Shown: positions 47,836 to 58,542, counted from the stretch's first letter. The stretch: DNA of 64,000 bases from Smithellaceae bacterium (GCA_963667845.2 CAXXVL010000002.1:2304001-2368000), one strand, 5' to 3'. A program made the numbers and translations. The notes: generated by a model not told the origin, from the sequence alone.

Positions 47836-48615
47836 ATGACCAAAAGAATGCCTGCGGTATTTTTCGGACATGGCAATCCGATGAATGCCCTGTCGCAAAA
47901 TACCTATACGGAAGGCTGGGCGAATATCGGCGGAGCGCTGCCCCGTCCCAGGGCCATTCTCTCGATATCCGCGCACTGGTATTTGCCGGCAACGGCTCTC
48001 ACCGCGGTGGCCGAGCCGGAAACGATCCACGATTTCGGCGGATTTCCGAAAGAACTTTACGAAGTGGAGTACCGTGCGCCCGGGTCTCCCGCACTGGCGA
48101 AGCAGGTCAAGACCGCCCTGACGCCGGTTGTCGCAAAACTCGACAAAACCTGGGGGCTCGACCACGGGACATGGTCGGTTCTCAAACACGTCTTTCCCGA
48201 GGCGGATATTCCCGTCGTCCAATTGAGCATCAACGAGAGGCAGCCGCCGCAGTTTCATTATGGGCTGGGCAAAAAACTTGCACCGCTGAGAGACGACGGG
48301 GTTTTGATCATGGGCAGCGGTAATCTTGTGCATAACCTGCATGCCTATGCCTGGGGCCGTGGAAATATTGAAGCCTATGACTGGGCGGTCCGCTTTGAGA
48401 CCAAAGCACGGGAGTTGTTGCAGGCCGGTGATGACAGGCCTCTCGTTGAATATGAGAAACTGGGGCGGGATGCTCTGCTGTCTGTTCCGACGCCGGATCA
48501 TTACCTGCCGCTGCTCTATGTGATTGCGACGCGCCGTCCCGGTGAAAAGATCAGTTTCCCGGTTCAAGGGATCGACGGCGGATCTGTTTCCATGCTCGCC
48601 TGTCAGATTGGCTGA
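47836..48615 (+). CDS. ygiD: 4,5-DOPA extradiol dioxygenase (LigB family)
   Basis: GHG.PMNA, SAHW, DHG.W, GSGN.VHNL, P..DHYLPLLY. Confidence 0.92.
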   Translation: MTKRMPAVFFGHGNPMNALSQNTYTEGWANIGGALPRPRAILSISAHWYLPATALTAVAEPETIHDFGGFPKELYEVEYRAPGSPALAKQVKTALTPVVAKLDKTWGLDHGTWSVLKHVFPEADIPVVQLSINERQPPQFHYGLGKKLAPLRDDGVLIMGSGNLVHNLHAYAWGRGNIEAYDWAVRFETKARELLQAGDDRPLVEYEKLGRDALLSVPTPDHYLPLLYVIATRRPGEKISFPVQGIDGGSVSMLACQIG

Positions 48616-48639
48616 TCATCAGAAAGCGCGAGCGGGATA

Positions 48640-48681
48640 AAAACCGAGGGGCTGAACCATTTTCAACCCCCCTGTCGTTTT
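48640..48681. terminator. bidirectional terminator candidate
   Basis: GGGGCTGAA/TTCAACCCC stem with A and T tracts on either side, between convergent genes. Confidence 0.5.
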
Positions 48682-49202
48682 TAATCCTTGCGGGAGGGGT
48701 GGGGTCTCTCTTTCCGGTCGTCAGTTTCGAAGGTATTCGACAGCAGCTTGAGCGTGATGCCCAGGACGAGGATCACGGAAACGTTGACGACAAGCTCAAT
48801 CATCGCGTTTACGAAGGCATCCCCCTGCATCGTTTCCACGGACAATTTGGCGCTGATCGATAGGATGCCCCGGGTTGCGGAAACGATGCCGATATTCAGA
48901 AAAGGACGCAAAGAGGTTTTGTGCTCTTCCAGGTAGTGGATGACGGTGCCCATGACTTCCACGATGATGATGACCAGGAGCAGATCAGAGACGAACCGGA
49001 TGATCGCTTCCGCCGCCTTTCTCGGTTCCTGAACCTTTAGAATGCACGAACTGAAATCCCAATAGCTATATGCCAGAGCGACCAGCGCGGCCACCAGGAA
49101 GCTGACGCCGACAATGGCATAAAGAAAGGAATCGGCCGCGCGTAGTTTGCCTCTCGAGATCGCAGCAATGTAATCCTTCACTTTCTCGTCACTTTGACTC
49201 AT
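48681..49202 (-). CDS. PsiE family membrane protein
   Basis: LL...I.EV..TV, PFL.IGIVS..R.IL. Confidence 0.8.
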   Translation of the reverse strand: MSQSDEKVKDYIAAISRGKLRAADSFLYAIVGVSFLVAALVALAYSYWDFSSCILKVQEPRKAAEAIIRFVSDLLLVIIIVEVMGTVIHYLEEHKTSLRPFLNIGIVSATRGILSISAKLSVETMQGDAFVNAMIELVVNVSVILVLGITLKLLSNTFETDDRKERPHPSRKD

Positions 49203-49289
49203 GCAACTGTCCTTTCGCCGTTCGCTTGCGATTGTGCCGGGGTCGAATGAAAGATAGGTCTTTTTACTCCTGACCGGGCTGCGCCGGGG

Positions 49290-49748
49290 CTATGTTTTCT
49301 TTCTCTGGTGCGGTGATTCCACGACGTCCTCGTCCGCAGGAACCGGGACATTGAAATACCTACAGACTTTGGCGAGGATCTGATTGTCGGTCATTTCGTC
49401 CGCAGTCTCCACGGCGGCAATGCGCGAGCCGAGATTGTTCTTTTCCAGCTGCTTTTTGAGTTCTTTCTTGGCTTCGCCCGGGCCGAAAATGAGAATAGAC
49501 TCGGCCGTGCAGACGGCGTCAGTGATTTGGTTATAGTAATTCTTTAAGTGCTCGGTAAACTCTCTTTGGAGCCTGTCGTCAGCTGGAATCATCCTGTCTT
49601 TATGGGGTCCTGTCAGGCTGGGGTCACCTGCGGCGCGAGCATGTTTTTCAGTGTTTGATTTTATCACTGTTTTGTTTACCCCGCTATCCGTGAGTGTCAT
49701 AATTACGGCCTGCCGATGATCAATCCATAATCCGATTTTTGCCGCCAT
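49290..49748 (-). CDS. eRF1-like/host-attachment family hypothetical protein
   Basis: GLWIDH..A, ILIFGPGEAK.EL, ETAD.MT..QI.A.V. Confidence 0.75.
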   Translation of the reverse strand: MAAKIGLWIDHRQAVIMTLTDSGVNKTVIKSNTEKHARAAGDPSLTGPHKDRMIPADDRLQREFTEHLKNYYNQITDAVCTAESILIFGPGEAKKELKKQLEKNNLGSRIAAVETADEMTDNQILAKVCRYFNVPVPADEDVVESPHQRKKT

Positions 49749-49986
49749 GAATTCCTCCTTAAAATGATTGATAAGCCGATGGAGATGATTTCATCATTTA
49801 CAACTCCCGTTTCCATTATTAGCTATTATAGAAATGAATACGGCAAAAGATATGGTAGTATTTTGCCAGATTAATAGTAGCTAATTCCTGACCTATAAAA
49901 AGAATGGATTCTGGTGTAAGCAATTTACGTATTGAAGACGGTCTGAGAGAAATACAGGAGCCTGTTGGATAAAAGGAGACGACATC

Positions 49987-50358
49987 ATGCAGTTTACATT
50001 CGCCCATAACAATTTTAACGTGTTGAATCTGGAAAAAAGTCTGGCCTTCTATAAAGAAGCGCTGTTTCTCACGGAGGTGCGGCGCCACGAACCGCCGGAC
50101 GGGAGCTTTATCCTGGTCTTTCTCGGCGACGGGCAGACGCCGCATCAGTTGGAACTCACCTGGATGAAAGACCGTAAGGAAGCCTATAGTTTGGGTGATA
50201 ATGAGTTTCATCTGGCGTTCAAGGCGGATGATTTCGCCGCGGCGCATCGGCTGCACGAAAAAATGGGATGCATCTGTTTTGAAAATAAAGCAATGGGTAT
50301 TTATTTCATCAATGATCCGGACGATTATTGGATTGAAATTATCCCCCACAAGCGATAA
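49987..50358 (+). CDS. VOC family protein (lactoylglutathione lyase-like)
   Basis: H.N.NV..LE.S..FY, LELTW, HLAF, YFI.DPD.YWIE. Confidence 0.9.
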   Translation: MQFTFAHNNFNVLNLEKSLAFYKEALFLTEVRRHEPPDGSFILVFLGDGQTPHQLELTWMKDRKEAYSLGDNEFHLAFKADDFAAAHRLHEKMGCICFENKAMGIYFINDPDDYWIEIIPHKR

Positions 50359-50524
50359 ACACGGAACGTTCAGGATACTGTAAGTGATTTATGGTTTGAA
50401 GCGCAAACAAAGTCTCAATGCTGACTGCTAAGGGCGATGCATATTGACGGTTGGCATTAGGTCAGACTTCCCTGGAATCCACAAAGGCAAAAAAGGGGAA
50501 GCTAACGAAGAAAGGAGAAGATCG

Positions 50525-51127
50525 ATGAAGAAGTTACTTTTGAAAATAATATTTCTAAGCGTGGTGGTTTTGATACCGGCAGCCGTCATGGCGCAGGTAC
50601 AGGTTCGCATTAATGTTCCTCTGCCTCCGCCAATCATTTTTCCGGCGCCGCCGCATGTGGTCGTGATCCCGGAAACCGATGTTTACGCAGTTCCCGATGT
50701 CGATGCCGACATATACTTTTATGGCGGCTGGTGGTGGCGGCCCTGGGAAGGCCGCTGGTATCGTTCCCACTATTATGACAGGGGTTGGGGTTATTACAAG
50801 GGCACGCCATCTTTCCACCGGCAGGTTCCTCCCGGCTGGAGAAATGATTACAGAGACCGCCGCTGGAGAGGTCACGAGTGGGACCATCGTCCCATCCCTT
50901 ACCGCGAAGCGGAAAGAAACTGGAGCAACTGGAAAAGAGACAGGCACTGGGAAAAGGAAAATTACTACGGCGTGAAGGGGATGGACCGCGGACCCCGTGA
51001 CCGCGGACAGTACCGCGACAGACAGGATCGGGGACCGGACAGAGGCCGTGATCGGGGGCCTGACAGAGGAGATAGAGGCGATCACGAACGAGGCCCGCAT
51101 GACGGAGGCAGAGGGGATCGCCGGTAG
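50525..51127 (+). CDS. exported Pro/Trp-rich protein with C-terminal RGPD/DRG repeats
   Basis: Signal peptide, PPP....P...VIP...VY.VP, FY.GWWW, low-complexity tail. Confidence 0.75.
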   Translation: MKKLLLKIIFLSVVVLIPAAVMAQVQVRINVPLPPPIIFPAPPHVVVIPETDVYAVPDVDADIYFYGGWWWRPWEGRWYRSHYYDRGWGYYKGTPSFHRQVPPGWRNDYRDRRWRGHEWDHRPIPYREAERNWSNWKRDRHWEKENYYGVKGMDRGPRDRGQYRDRQDRGPDRGRDRGPDRGDRGDHERGPHDGGRGDRR

Positions 51128-51142
51128 AAATACGGGAATGTT

Positions 51143-51180
51143 AAAAAAAGCGCAGCCGCTGATCAGGGCTGCGCTTTTTT
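51143..51180 (+). terminator. intrinsic terminator
   Basis: AAAAAAAGCGCAGCC...GGCTGCGCTTTTTT. Confidence 0.8.
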
Positions 51181-51528
51181 ATTCGGATAATCATTACTTT
51201 CATTTACATAAAATGTATTCCCGGACAACCGGATCATCTATCATCTTTCGGTAAACTCCATAAATAGCATAGGCGGCGGCAGTGAATCCATTCCCGGCAT
51301 TTTCAGTGGCTTGATCGGTTTATAAAAATCTGTTGATTTTTATGCAATTGTCCCTTAAAGTCACGGCTGTAAAAGGGTTTTTCTGCCCGGTTACCGTAGT
51401 TTTTCAAGATACCCGGTTGTTGCGGTCTCTCCAATGAATAAACTGCCGAAATTGATGTGCATATAACTATACCTGCGTCATTGTGAATGGAAACAGGTAA
51501 GAAATAAATAGAACAGGGGGAATACCAA

Positions 51529-53394
51529 TTGAACGTAGATAAGAGAATTTTGACTGACGAAAATTTGCAGAAAATTAAAGCCCTTAATAATCCGCATATA
51601 GAAAGGATTGTTGAGGAATATGTTAATTTATGCAAGCCGGCCAAAGTATCTGTAATTACCGACAGCTTTACGGATGTCGCCTATATTCGCCAAACGGCTG
51701 TGGATCTGGCCGAAGAGAAAAAATTGGCCATGCCCGGCCATACCGTGCATTTTGACAGTTTCTACGATCAGGGACGCGATAAAAAGAATACCTGTCTGCT
51801 TGTCACGCCGGATATGAAAGTATCCAGGATGATCGATGTGAAAGACAGAGAGGAAGGTCTCCATGAGGTTCGCGGCATTATGGACGGCATTATGAAAGGC
51901 AAGGAATGCTTCGTGCGCTTCTTTTGCCTGGGGCCGCTCCACTCGCGTTTCTCCATCGCCGCGTTGCAGATCACGGATTCCGCTTATGTCTCGCACAGCG
52001 AAGATTTGCTCTACCGCGTCGGCTACGAGCACTTCAAAACGCTGAAGGGTGCGGATGATTTTTTCTATCTGATTCATTCCGCGGGTGAACTCGATGAACG
52101 GGGCAATACCAAGAATATCAAGGATCGCAGAATTTATATTGATGTCCTCGGAAAGAAAGTTCTGACGGTCAATAACCAATATGCGGGCAACAGCGTGGGG
52201 TTGAAGAAACTGGCGCTCCGACTGGCGATATACAAGGCCAACAAGGAAGACTGGCTGACCGAGCATATGTTTATCATGGGCGTGAAGCCGGACAATAAGG
52301 GCGGCAGAGTCACCTATTTTACAGGTGCATTTCCCAGTGCCTGCGGCAAAACGTCCACCGCCATGGTGCCGGGACAGCAGATTGTCGGCGACGACATTGC
52401 GTATATCCGGCACAGCGACGACGGCAAGGCTTATGCGGTCAACATTGAGCAGGGCATCTTCGGCATTATCGAAGACGTGAACCCGGTCGACGACCCGGTC
52501 ATCTACGAAGCGCTCACGACTCCGCGCGAACTGATCTTCTCCAACGTGCTCGTGAAGGACGGTAAGCCGTATTGGCTGGGCATGGGGCAGATTCTTCCGG
52601 AAGAGGGAACCAACTTTTCCGGCGAGTGGAAGAAAGGCAAGAAAGACGATAAAGGCAATGAAATACCTCTGGCGCATAAGAATGCGCGCTACACGATTCG
52701 CCTGAGCGAATTGAAAAACGTGGACCCCAAACTCTACGATCCCGAAGGCGTCCCCGTGAGCGGCGTCATTTACGGCGGCCGTGATTCCGATACGTCCGTG
52801 CCGGTATACCAGAGTTTTGACTGGGCGCACGGCATGTTCGTCGGCGCCTCCCTGGAATCCGAGACGACGGCCGCGACGCTGGGCGCCGTCGGCGTGCGGG
52901 AGCTCTCCCCGATGGCGAACCTGGATTTTCTGGTCGTTCCGCTGGGGACGTATCTGACCAATCACATTAAATTCGGCAACCGGTTGATCGTCAAGCCGCT
53001 GGTCTTCGCGACGAACTATTTCCTGAAAGAAGACGGGAAATTTTTGAACGACAAAGTGGACAAGAAAGTGTGGCTGATGTGGATGGAGGGCCGGGTGCAC
53101 GGCGAATACAACGCGATTGAAACGCCGATCGGCTACATTCCAAAATATGAAGACATTGCAAAATTGTTTGTACAGATCTTCGGTAAGAAATTTACCCGTG
53201 AAATGTATGATAAACTTTTCTCCATCCGGGTGGATAAATTCCTGGAGAAACTGGACCGCGTGGAAAAAGCTTACAAGGAAGAGGAAAACATTCCCGATGA
53301 ATTTCATGCGATGATGGATATGTTGAGAAATCGTCTGAATGCGGCGAAGCAAAAGGCGGGCAAAACCATTATCCCTCCCGGTGAATTCGTTTAA
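51529..53394 (+). CDS. pckG: phosphoenolpyruvate carboxykinase (GTP)
   Basis: Y.GNS, WL.EHM, GAFPSACGKT, VGDDIA, H.N.R, GGR motifs. Confidence 0.93.
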   Translation: MNVDKRILTDENLQKIKALNNPHIERIVEEYVNLCKPAKVSVITDSFTDVAYIRQTAVDLAEEKKLAMPGHTVHFDSFYDQGRDKKNTCLLVTPDMKVSRMIDVKDREEGLHEVRGIMDGIMKGKECFVRFFCLGPLHSRFSIAALQITDSAYVSHSEDLLYRVGYEHFKTLKGADDFFYLIHSAGELDERGNTKNIKDRRIYIDVLGKKVLTVNNQYAGNSVGLKKLALRLAIYKANKEDWLTEHMFIMGVKPDNKGGRVTYFTGAFPSACGKTSTAMVPGQQIVGDDIAYIRHSDDGKAYAVNIEQGIFGIIEDVNPVDDPVIYEALTTPRELIFSNVLVKDGKPYWLGMGQILPEEGTNFSGEWKKGKKDDKGNEIPLAHKNARYTIRLSELKNVDPKLYDPEGVPVSGVIYGGRDSDTSVPVYQSFDWAHGMFVGASLESETTAATLGAVGVRELSPMANLDFLVVPLGTYLTNHIKFGNRLIVKPLVFATNYFLKEDGKFLNDKVDKKVWLMWMEGRVHGEYNAIETPIGYIPKYEDIAKLFVQIFGKKFTREMYDKLFSIRVDKFLEKLDRVEKAYKEEENIPDEFHAMMDMLRNRLNAAKQKAGKTIIPPGEFV

Positions 53395-53418
53395 ACCTTT
53401 CAGTGAAGAATTTATAAC

Positions 53419-53448
53419 AAAAAGCCCCGCCGGTCCGCGGGGCTTTTT
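53419..53448. terminator. bidirectional intrinsic terminator
   Basis: AAAAAGCCCCGC-CGGTCC-GCGGGGCTTTTT. Confidence 0.85.
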
Positions 53449-53462
53449 AAATTCATTGTAAA

Positions 53463-53492
53463 CCTACAGCCTACAGCCTACAGCCTACAGCC
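53463..53492. repeat. heptanucleotide tandem repeat (CCTACAG)x4
   Basis: Read directly from the sequence; intergenic. Confidence 0.9.
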
Positions 53493-53516
53493 GAACAGGC
53501 TAATAGCCTAAAGTTC

Positions 53517-54896
53517 CTACTTAAGCTTGCTTCTGATATCCGGCCGGTCTGCAAGATCGGTTGTGTAACTGCCGTTAATAAAGTCTTCTTCCTGGAGAAT
53601 GACATGGTGGAAGGGCAATGTCGTTTTCGGGCCCTGAAGCTCGACTTCTCCAAGTGCCCGCTGCATGCGGGCGATGGCTTCCGCGCGCGTTTTACCCACG
53701 CTCATCATTTTCATCATCAGGGAATCATAATAAAAAGGGAAATTGTAACCTTCAAAAATACCTTCATCAATCCGGATGCCGGGACCGTGAGGCAGGATAA
53801 GTTTGCGGATGACGCCTGGCGAGGGAATAAAATTGCGCAGCGCGTCTTCCGCGTTGATGCGGCATTCGATGGCGTGCACGCGCATGCGGATATCGTCCTG
53901 GCTGAAGCTGAGTTCTTCGCCCTCGGCGATTCTGATCTGCTCGCGGATAATGTCGATGCCCGTGACCATCTCGGTAACGCAATGTTCCACCTGCAGGCGG
54001 GAATTGATTTCATTGAAATAGAATTTCCGTTCTTCCGGAAAATAAAAAAACTCGACCGTCAGGGCGCCCACATAATCCAGCGCCAGGGCGACGTCGATGG
54101 CGGCCGCGCCCATTTTCATTCTCCAGAACGGGCTGACAATCGGGCAGGGGGCTTCTTCCACCAGCTTTTGAAATCGGCGCTGTACCGAGCAGTCGCGTTC
54201 ACCCATATGGACCACGTTTCCGTGTTGATCGGCCAATACCTGAAATTCGACATGCTTCATCCCGTGGAGAAACTTTTCGATATAGAAGGAGGAGGTGCCG
54301 AAGGCTTTGCGTCCGCGGGTTTCGGCGCCGGCAATGGCTTTGCCCAGTTCTTCTTCATTGCGGGCGATCATGATCCCGATGCCGCCGCCACCGCCGGAAG
54401 GCTTGACGATAACGGGATAGCCAATTTCTTGTGCTATTTCCCGGGCGCGTTGTGTCCCTTCTGCGGTGCCGTTCGTGATGGCGTCATCGCAGCCGGGCGT
54501 CACGGGAATATTGATCATCCGCATCAGCTGGCGGGCGCGGTTCTTGGGTTTGGCTTTGAACATGCACTCACTGGACGGCCCGATAAAAATGATCTTCTCT
54601 CTTTCACACAGTTCCACAAATTCCGGATTCTCGGAGAGAAAGCCGTAACCCGGGTGGATGGCATCGGCGCCGCTTTGTTTGGCCACATTAACGATCTTTT
54701 CAAAATTAAGGTAGCTTTCCGCCGCTTCCGGCGGACCAATCTCGTAGATTTCATCCGCCAGTCTGACATGCAGAGCATCGGTGTCCGCCTGGGAGAAAAC
54801 CGCGGCTGTGCGGATGCCCATATCCTTGCAGGTGCGGATGATCCGGACGGCGATTTCGCCGCGGTTGGCAATCAATATTTTTTTAAACTTTGTCAT
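53517..54896 (-). CDS. accC: biotin carboxylase subunit
   Basis: ILIANRGEIA, HPGYGFLSEN, GGGG.G, ERDCSVQRR.QK, E.N.RLQVEH, ECRINAED. Confidence 0.93.
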   Translation of the reverse strand: MTKFKKILIANRGEIAVRIIRTCKDMGIRTAAVFSQADTDALHVRLADEIYEIGPPEAAESYLNFEKIVNVAKQSGADAIHPGYGFLSENPEFVELCEREKIIFIGPSSECMFKAKPKNRARQLMRMINIPVTPGCDDAITNGTAEGTQRAREIAQEIGYPVIVKPSGGGGGIGIMIARNEEELGKAIAGAETRGRKAFGTSSFYIEKFLHGMKHVEFQVLADQHGNVVHMGERDCSVQRRFQKLVEEAPCPIVSPFWRMKMGAAAIDVALALDYVGALTVEFFYFPEERKFYFNEINSRLQVEHCVTEMVTGIDIIREQIRIAEGEELSFSQDDIRMRVHAIECRINAEDALRNFIPSPGVIRKLILPHGPGIRIDEGIFEGYNFPFYYDSLMMKMMSVGKTRAEAIARMQRALGEVELQGPKTTLPFHHVILQEEDFINGSYTTDLADRPDIRSKLK

Positions 54897-55086
54897 GAAA
54901 TAAACAACTCCTGTCAATTATTCGGTGTGATCTGAATGCGAGCGGTAGCAGTAACCATGCCACATGAAAATAGGAGGGATGCCTGTTGTAAGAATTTGGA
55001 ATGAAAGGAAAATGCTAAAAATACGGGGGCGAGACAAAAAGAAGAAAGGGTATTTTCGTGTAAAATATTTCACAGCAGGGACGACA

Positions 55087-56442
55087 TTACACACCATGTG
55101 CCTCTATGCGAGCGCGAGTGAACCGTTCAATCGGACATATCACCTGGTCAGGTGCGGCAGAAAATAGTGCGATCTGCGGGAAGATGATCAGCAGGACGGC
55201 CAGGGCAATCATGGCATAGAGCATGTGCAGCGATCCCTTGAAGACGACATGCAGCGGGACGTCGCGCGCAACGCCGGCAACAACGTAGGCATTAATGCCG
55301 ACCGGCGGTGTGATGACGCCCATCTCCGCCACAATCACGATCATGACGCCGAACCAGATCGGATCAAAACCCATACTGAGGACGACGGGATAGAAAATGG
55401 GGATGGTGAGCATGATCATGGCCAGTGAATCCATCAGGCAGCCGAGGAATAAATAAATCATAATGATGAAACCCATGATGATCAGGGGATGCAATGAAAG
55501 ACCGGAAACATAGGCTCCGATATCGGCGGGGATGCGCGTTACGGCGAGGAAATGTCCGAAGACCGTGGCGCCCGCAACGACTACGAAAATCATGCAGGAA
55601 ATCCGGGTCGTATCGTAAAGCGCGTTCTTAAATCCCGTCCAGGTCAGGTTGCGTCCGATCAACGCGATAATAATCGTGCCGAAAGCGCCGACGCCCGCGG
55701 CTTCTGTCGGCGTGAAGAATCCGGCGAACAGGCCGCCCATCACCAGAACAAATAGCAGCAGGGTTTCAATGAGGCCGGATAAGGATTTGAATTTTTCCGC
55801 CCAGGTGCTTTTCGGGCCGCGCGGTCCGACTTCGGGGCGAAAGTACGTCCAGAGCAAAATAGAGATAATGAAGAAACAGGAGAGCAAGATTCCCGGGATG
55901 ACGCCGGCCAGGAAGAGTTCACCGATGGATTGTTCGGTCATGATGCCGTAAATAATAAAGATCGTGCTGGGAGGAATAAGGATGCCCAGACTGCCTCCTG
56001 CCGCGACCACGCCGGTTGCCAGCGCCGGGTCGTATTTAAATTTCTTCATTTCCGGCAGGGCGACGGAGGCCATTGTAGCAGCTGTCGCGCTGGTGGATCC
56101 GCAGACGGCGGAAAACCCCGCGCAGGCGCCGATTGTGGCGATCGCCAGGCCGCCGGGCAGGTGACCGAAAAATTTATGCGCAGCATTGAACAGACGGCCG
56201 CTGATGCCCGAGTGAAAAGCAACCTGACCCATGAGGACAAACAAGGGGATTACGGTCAGATTATACGAACTGAAGGTGGAATAAAAATCGCGGATCAAGA
56301 TATTCGAAGCGGCGCTCCAGGAGACGACATAACCGAATCCAAGATACCCGACAATGGCCATGACGAATCCTACGGGCATCCGGAGGAACATCAAAATGAT
56401 TAATACGGCAAAGCCGATCAGGCCGATCGTTGTAGGGTTCAT
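55087..56442 (-). CDS. dctM: TRAP transporter large permease; C-terminus possibly frameshifted
   Basis: IPLF.LMG, GGLA, GSLGILIPPS, FTPTEA, DP.WFG, ITPPVG.N. Confidence 0.93.
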   Translation of the reverse strand: MNPTTIGLIGFAVLIILMFLRMPVGFVMAIVGYLGFGYVVSWSAASNILIRDFYSTFSSYNLTVIPLFVLMGQVAFHSGISGRLFNAAHKFFGHLPGGLAIATIGACAGFSAVCGSTSATAATMASVALPEMKKFKYDPALATGVVAAGGSLGILIPPSTIFIIYGIMTEQSIGELFLAGVIPGILLSCFFIISILLWTYFRPEVGPRGPKSTWAEKFKSLSGLIETLLLFVLVMGGLFAGFFTPTEAAGVGAFGTIIIALIGRNLTWTGFKNALYDTTRISCMIFVVVAGATVFGHFLAVTRIPADIGAYVSGLSLHPLIIMGFIIMIYLFLGCLMDSLAMIMLTIPIFYPVVLSMGFDPIWFGVMIVIVAEMGVITPPVGINAYVVAGVARDVPLHVVFKGSLHMLYAMIALAVLLIIFPQIALFSAAPDQVICPIERFTRARIEAHGV

Positions 56443-56924
56443 GTGACAATGGTCCTTCGCAGCGATTTAAGAAAATCGGCAACCAGCAGCAGGCAAAGCA
56501 GGGCGCATCCGGCGGCGATACCGATGATAAAGGGATAAGGAGGCATCTGGAGCGTTAATGAGACTTCTCCACTTTTTTTAATGTCGATAGCGTAAACGAC
56601 AGCCTGATAGGCGATCACGCCGAAGAGCAGCGCGCCGATCAGGTTACAAAAGGCTTCGATGGCCAGTTGTGCGCGCTGCGGCAGCTTTTGAACCAGAATC
56701 TCAACTGCAATGTGTCCTTTTTCCATCGACGTAAACGCCAGGGCGAAGGACACAACGACGGTACCGAGAAATCCAACGAGTTCATAAGTGCCGGGGATGG
56801 GTTTGCTAAACAGGCGCAAAATAACGTCTGCCACAGACAGCAGCATCATGACGACGACAGCGGCGCAGGCAAGGACATTGAAGCCCTTGCCTGCGCGCGT
56901 GATAAATTTTGTCGGACCGAGCAT
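56439..56924 (-). CDS. dctQ: TRAP transporter small permease
   Basis: 4 TM segments, D..LR...P..G..E, GHI.V motif. Confidence 0.9.
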   Translation of the reverse strand: MLGPTKFITRAGKGFNVLACAAVVVMMLLSVADVILRLFSKPIPGTYELVGFLGTVVVSFALAFTSMEKGHIAVEILVQKLPQRAQLAIEAFCNLIGALLFGVIAYQAVVYAIDIKKSGEVSLTLQMPPYPFIIGIAAGCALLCLLLVADFLKSLRRTIVT

Positions 56925-56937
56925 GAATAGAATGTCC

Positions 56938-57966
56938 TTATTTTTTGACTTTGGAGTATTTCTTGATCAATGCCTTGGTCTCCGCAAGGGCCTGTTTGCC
57001 CGGCAGGCCTTTACTTTCCGTCGCCTTGATATAGCCTTCGGAGACCGGTTTGACGGCAGCTTCCCATCGGGCTTCTTCCGCATCGGACAATTTGATCATT
57101 TTGTTACCGAGTTCCGCGGAATACTTATAGCCTTCGGCATCCGCATCATCCCAGGCTTTGCCGGCTACGGCAATCCATTCGTGGCTGACATCGTCAAACA
57201 CTTTCTGCACATCCTTGGGCAGTGATTCCCACTTCTTCTTGTTCATGACGACGAACATGGCAGTCGTGTAGCCGATGCTGGTGCAGTCGGTCGTATACTT
57301 GATCACCTGCGCCTGTTTCCAGCCCTTCAGCGTCTCCATCGGGGCCAGTGTACCCTGCACGACGCCTTTTTGCAGGGCTTCATACGTTCCGCCCTGAGGC
57401 ATGGCTACCGACACGCCTCCCAGGCTCTCCACGATTTTAGCACTGAGACCTGTCGACCGGATTTTCATTCCTTTGAGATCCTCCATCTTATGAACCGGCT
57501 TCTGGGTGTGCAAGAGGCCCGGGCCATGAGCATGCAGGTAGAGCACCTTGACGTCGTCGAGCTCTTTGGGCTTCATCTTTTTGACAAAGTCGTTGGCAAC
57601 GAGCGTAGCCACCATACCATTCGGATATCCCAGCGGCAAATCCAGTACTTCCAGAAGCGGCAGACGGCCGCGGGTGTACGCGAAGCAGGACATACCGATG
57701 TCGGAAATACCCTTCACAACACCGTCAAAGCATTGATCGGCCGGCGTCAGCGAACCGCCTGAAAAAATGTTGATTTTAACTTTGCCGCCGGTACGTTTTT
57801 CAATTTCTTTGGCCCAGTTTTCGCCGGCTTTGGCCTGTGCATGCGTGGCCGGGAAAAAGATGCTGTATGTCATTGTTGTCTGGGCCAGCACGCCGGAGGC
57901 GCACCCCAGAACAAAAAATAACGTCATTAATGATAAAATTGTAACTGAAAAAATCCCCTTTTTCAT
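56938..57966 (-). CDS. dctP: TRAP substrate-binding protein
   Basis: Signal peptide, [23 protein letters not shown] at 57966. Confidence 0.92.
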   Translation of the reverse strand: MKKGIFSVTILSLMTLFFVLGCASGVLAQTTMTYSIFFPATHAQAKAGENWAKEIEKRTGGKVKINIFSGGSLTPADQCFDGVVKGISDIGMSCFAYTRGRLPLLEVLDLPLGYPNGMVATLVANDFVKKMKPKELDDVKVLYLHAHGPGLLHTQKPVHKMEDLKGMKIRSTGLSAKIVESLGGVSVAMPQGGTYEALQKGVVQGTLAPMETLKGWKQAQVIKYTTDCTSIGYTTAMFVVMNKKKWESLPKDVQKVFDDVSHEWIAVAGKAWDDADAEGYKYSAELGNKMIKLSDAEEARWEAAVKPVSEGYIKATESKGLPGKQALAETKALIKKYSKVKK

Positions 57967-58069
57967 TACCTGCTCCCTCCAACCTTTCATTATTGTAAAG
58001 AAACACAAACTTACTGAATGAATTGTTTGTGATAATGATCTTAAAATGTGTGCTTTTGATTTCGGACAA

Positions 58070-58102
58070 GCCTGCTTACCTGATTTCGCTAGGCAAGCAG
58101 GC
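58070..58102. repeat. short REP-like palindrome
   Basis: GCCTGCTTACCT-N9-AGGCAAGCAGGC (11/12) in an AT-rich leader. Confidence 0.55.
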
Positions 58103-58245
58103 ATCGATACATATAGATATAATAAGGCGAGAATTTACTTGTGGAAAATTTATGCATACCACTGTCCATAAAATTTTAATTGATGTGGCTAATATGTGAT
58201 TTGACCGGTTGTGTCAAGAGGTATTTAAAAAGATTCAATTCGGAT

Positions 58246-58542
58246 TCAAGTCTGTTTTCTTTCATCCTTCAGCTTATCCAATTCTTCACGGTAGCGGGAA
58301 GCTTCCGCTTTCGCCGATTCGATTTCTTCCTTGGCTCTTTCCAGTTCTTCATCCTGCCGCTGTCTTTCTTCCCGAATTTTATCCTGAATCTCGTCAAAAC
58401 CGACATAGATGGCCAGACCGCCGCCCAGAAGCAGAAAGATCGGTAAGGCGCCTTGCAGGAGGTTTATGAAATCGCCCCACCAGAATATCAAACTGATCAG
58501 CCCGATAACAGCGGCAATGACGCCTCCCGTCAGCAAAGACAT
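58246..58542 (-). CDS. small 2-TM protein with charged coiled-coil tail
   Basis: SD GGAGG; GL...WW......G.LP.....GG.A...G pattern. Confidence 0.75.
   Translation of the reverse strand: MSLLTGGVIAAVIGLISLIFWWGDFINLLQGALPIFLLLGGGLAIYVGFDEIQDKIREERQRQDEELERAKEEIESAKAEASRYREELDKLKDERKQT

Noticed and set aside
53463..53492. (CCTACAG)4 as a phase-variation switch
   Set aside because: It lies between convergent gene ends, not in a promoter or CDS.
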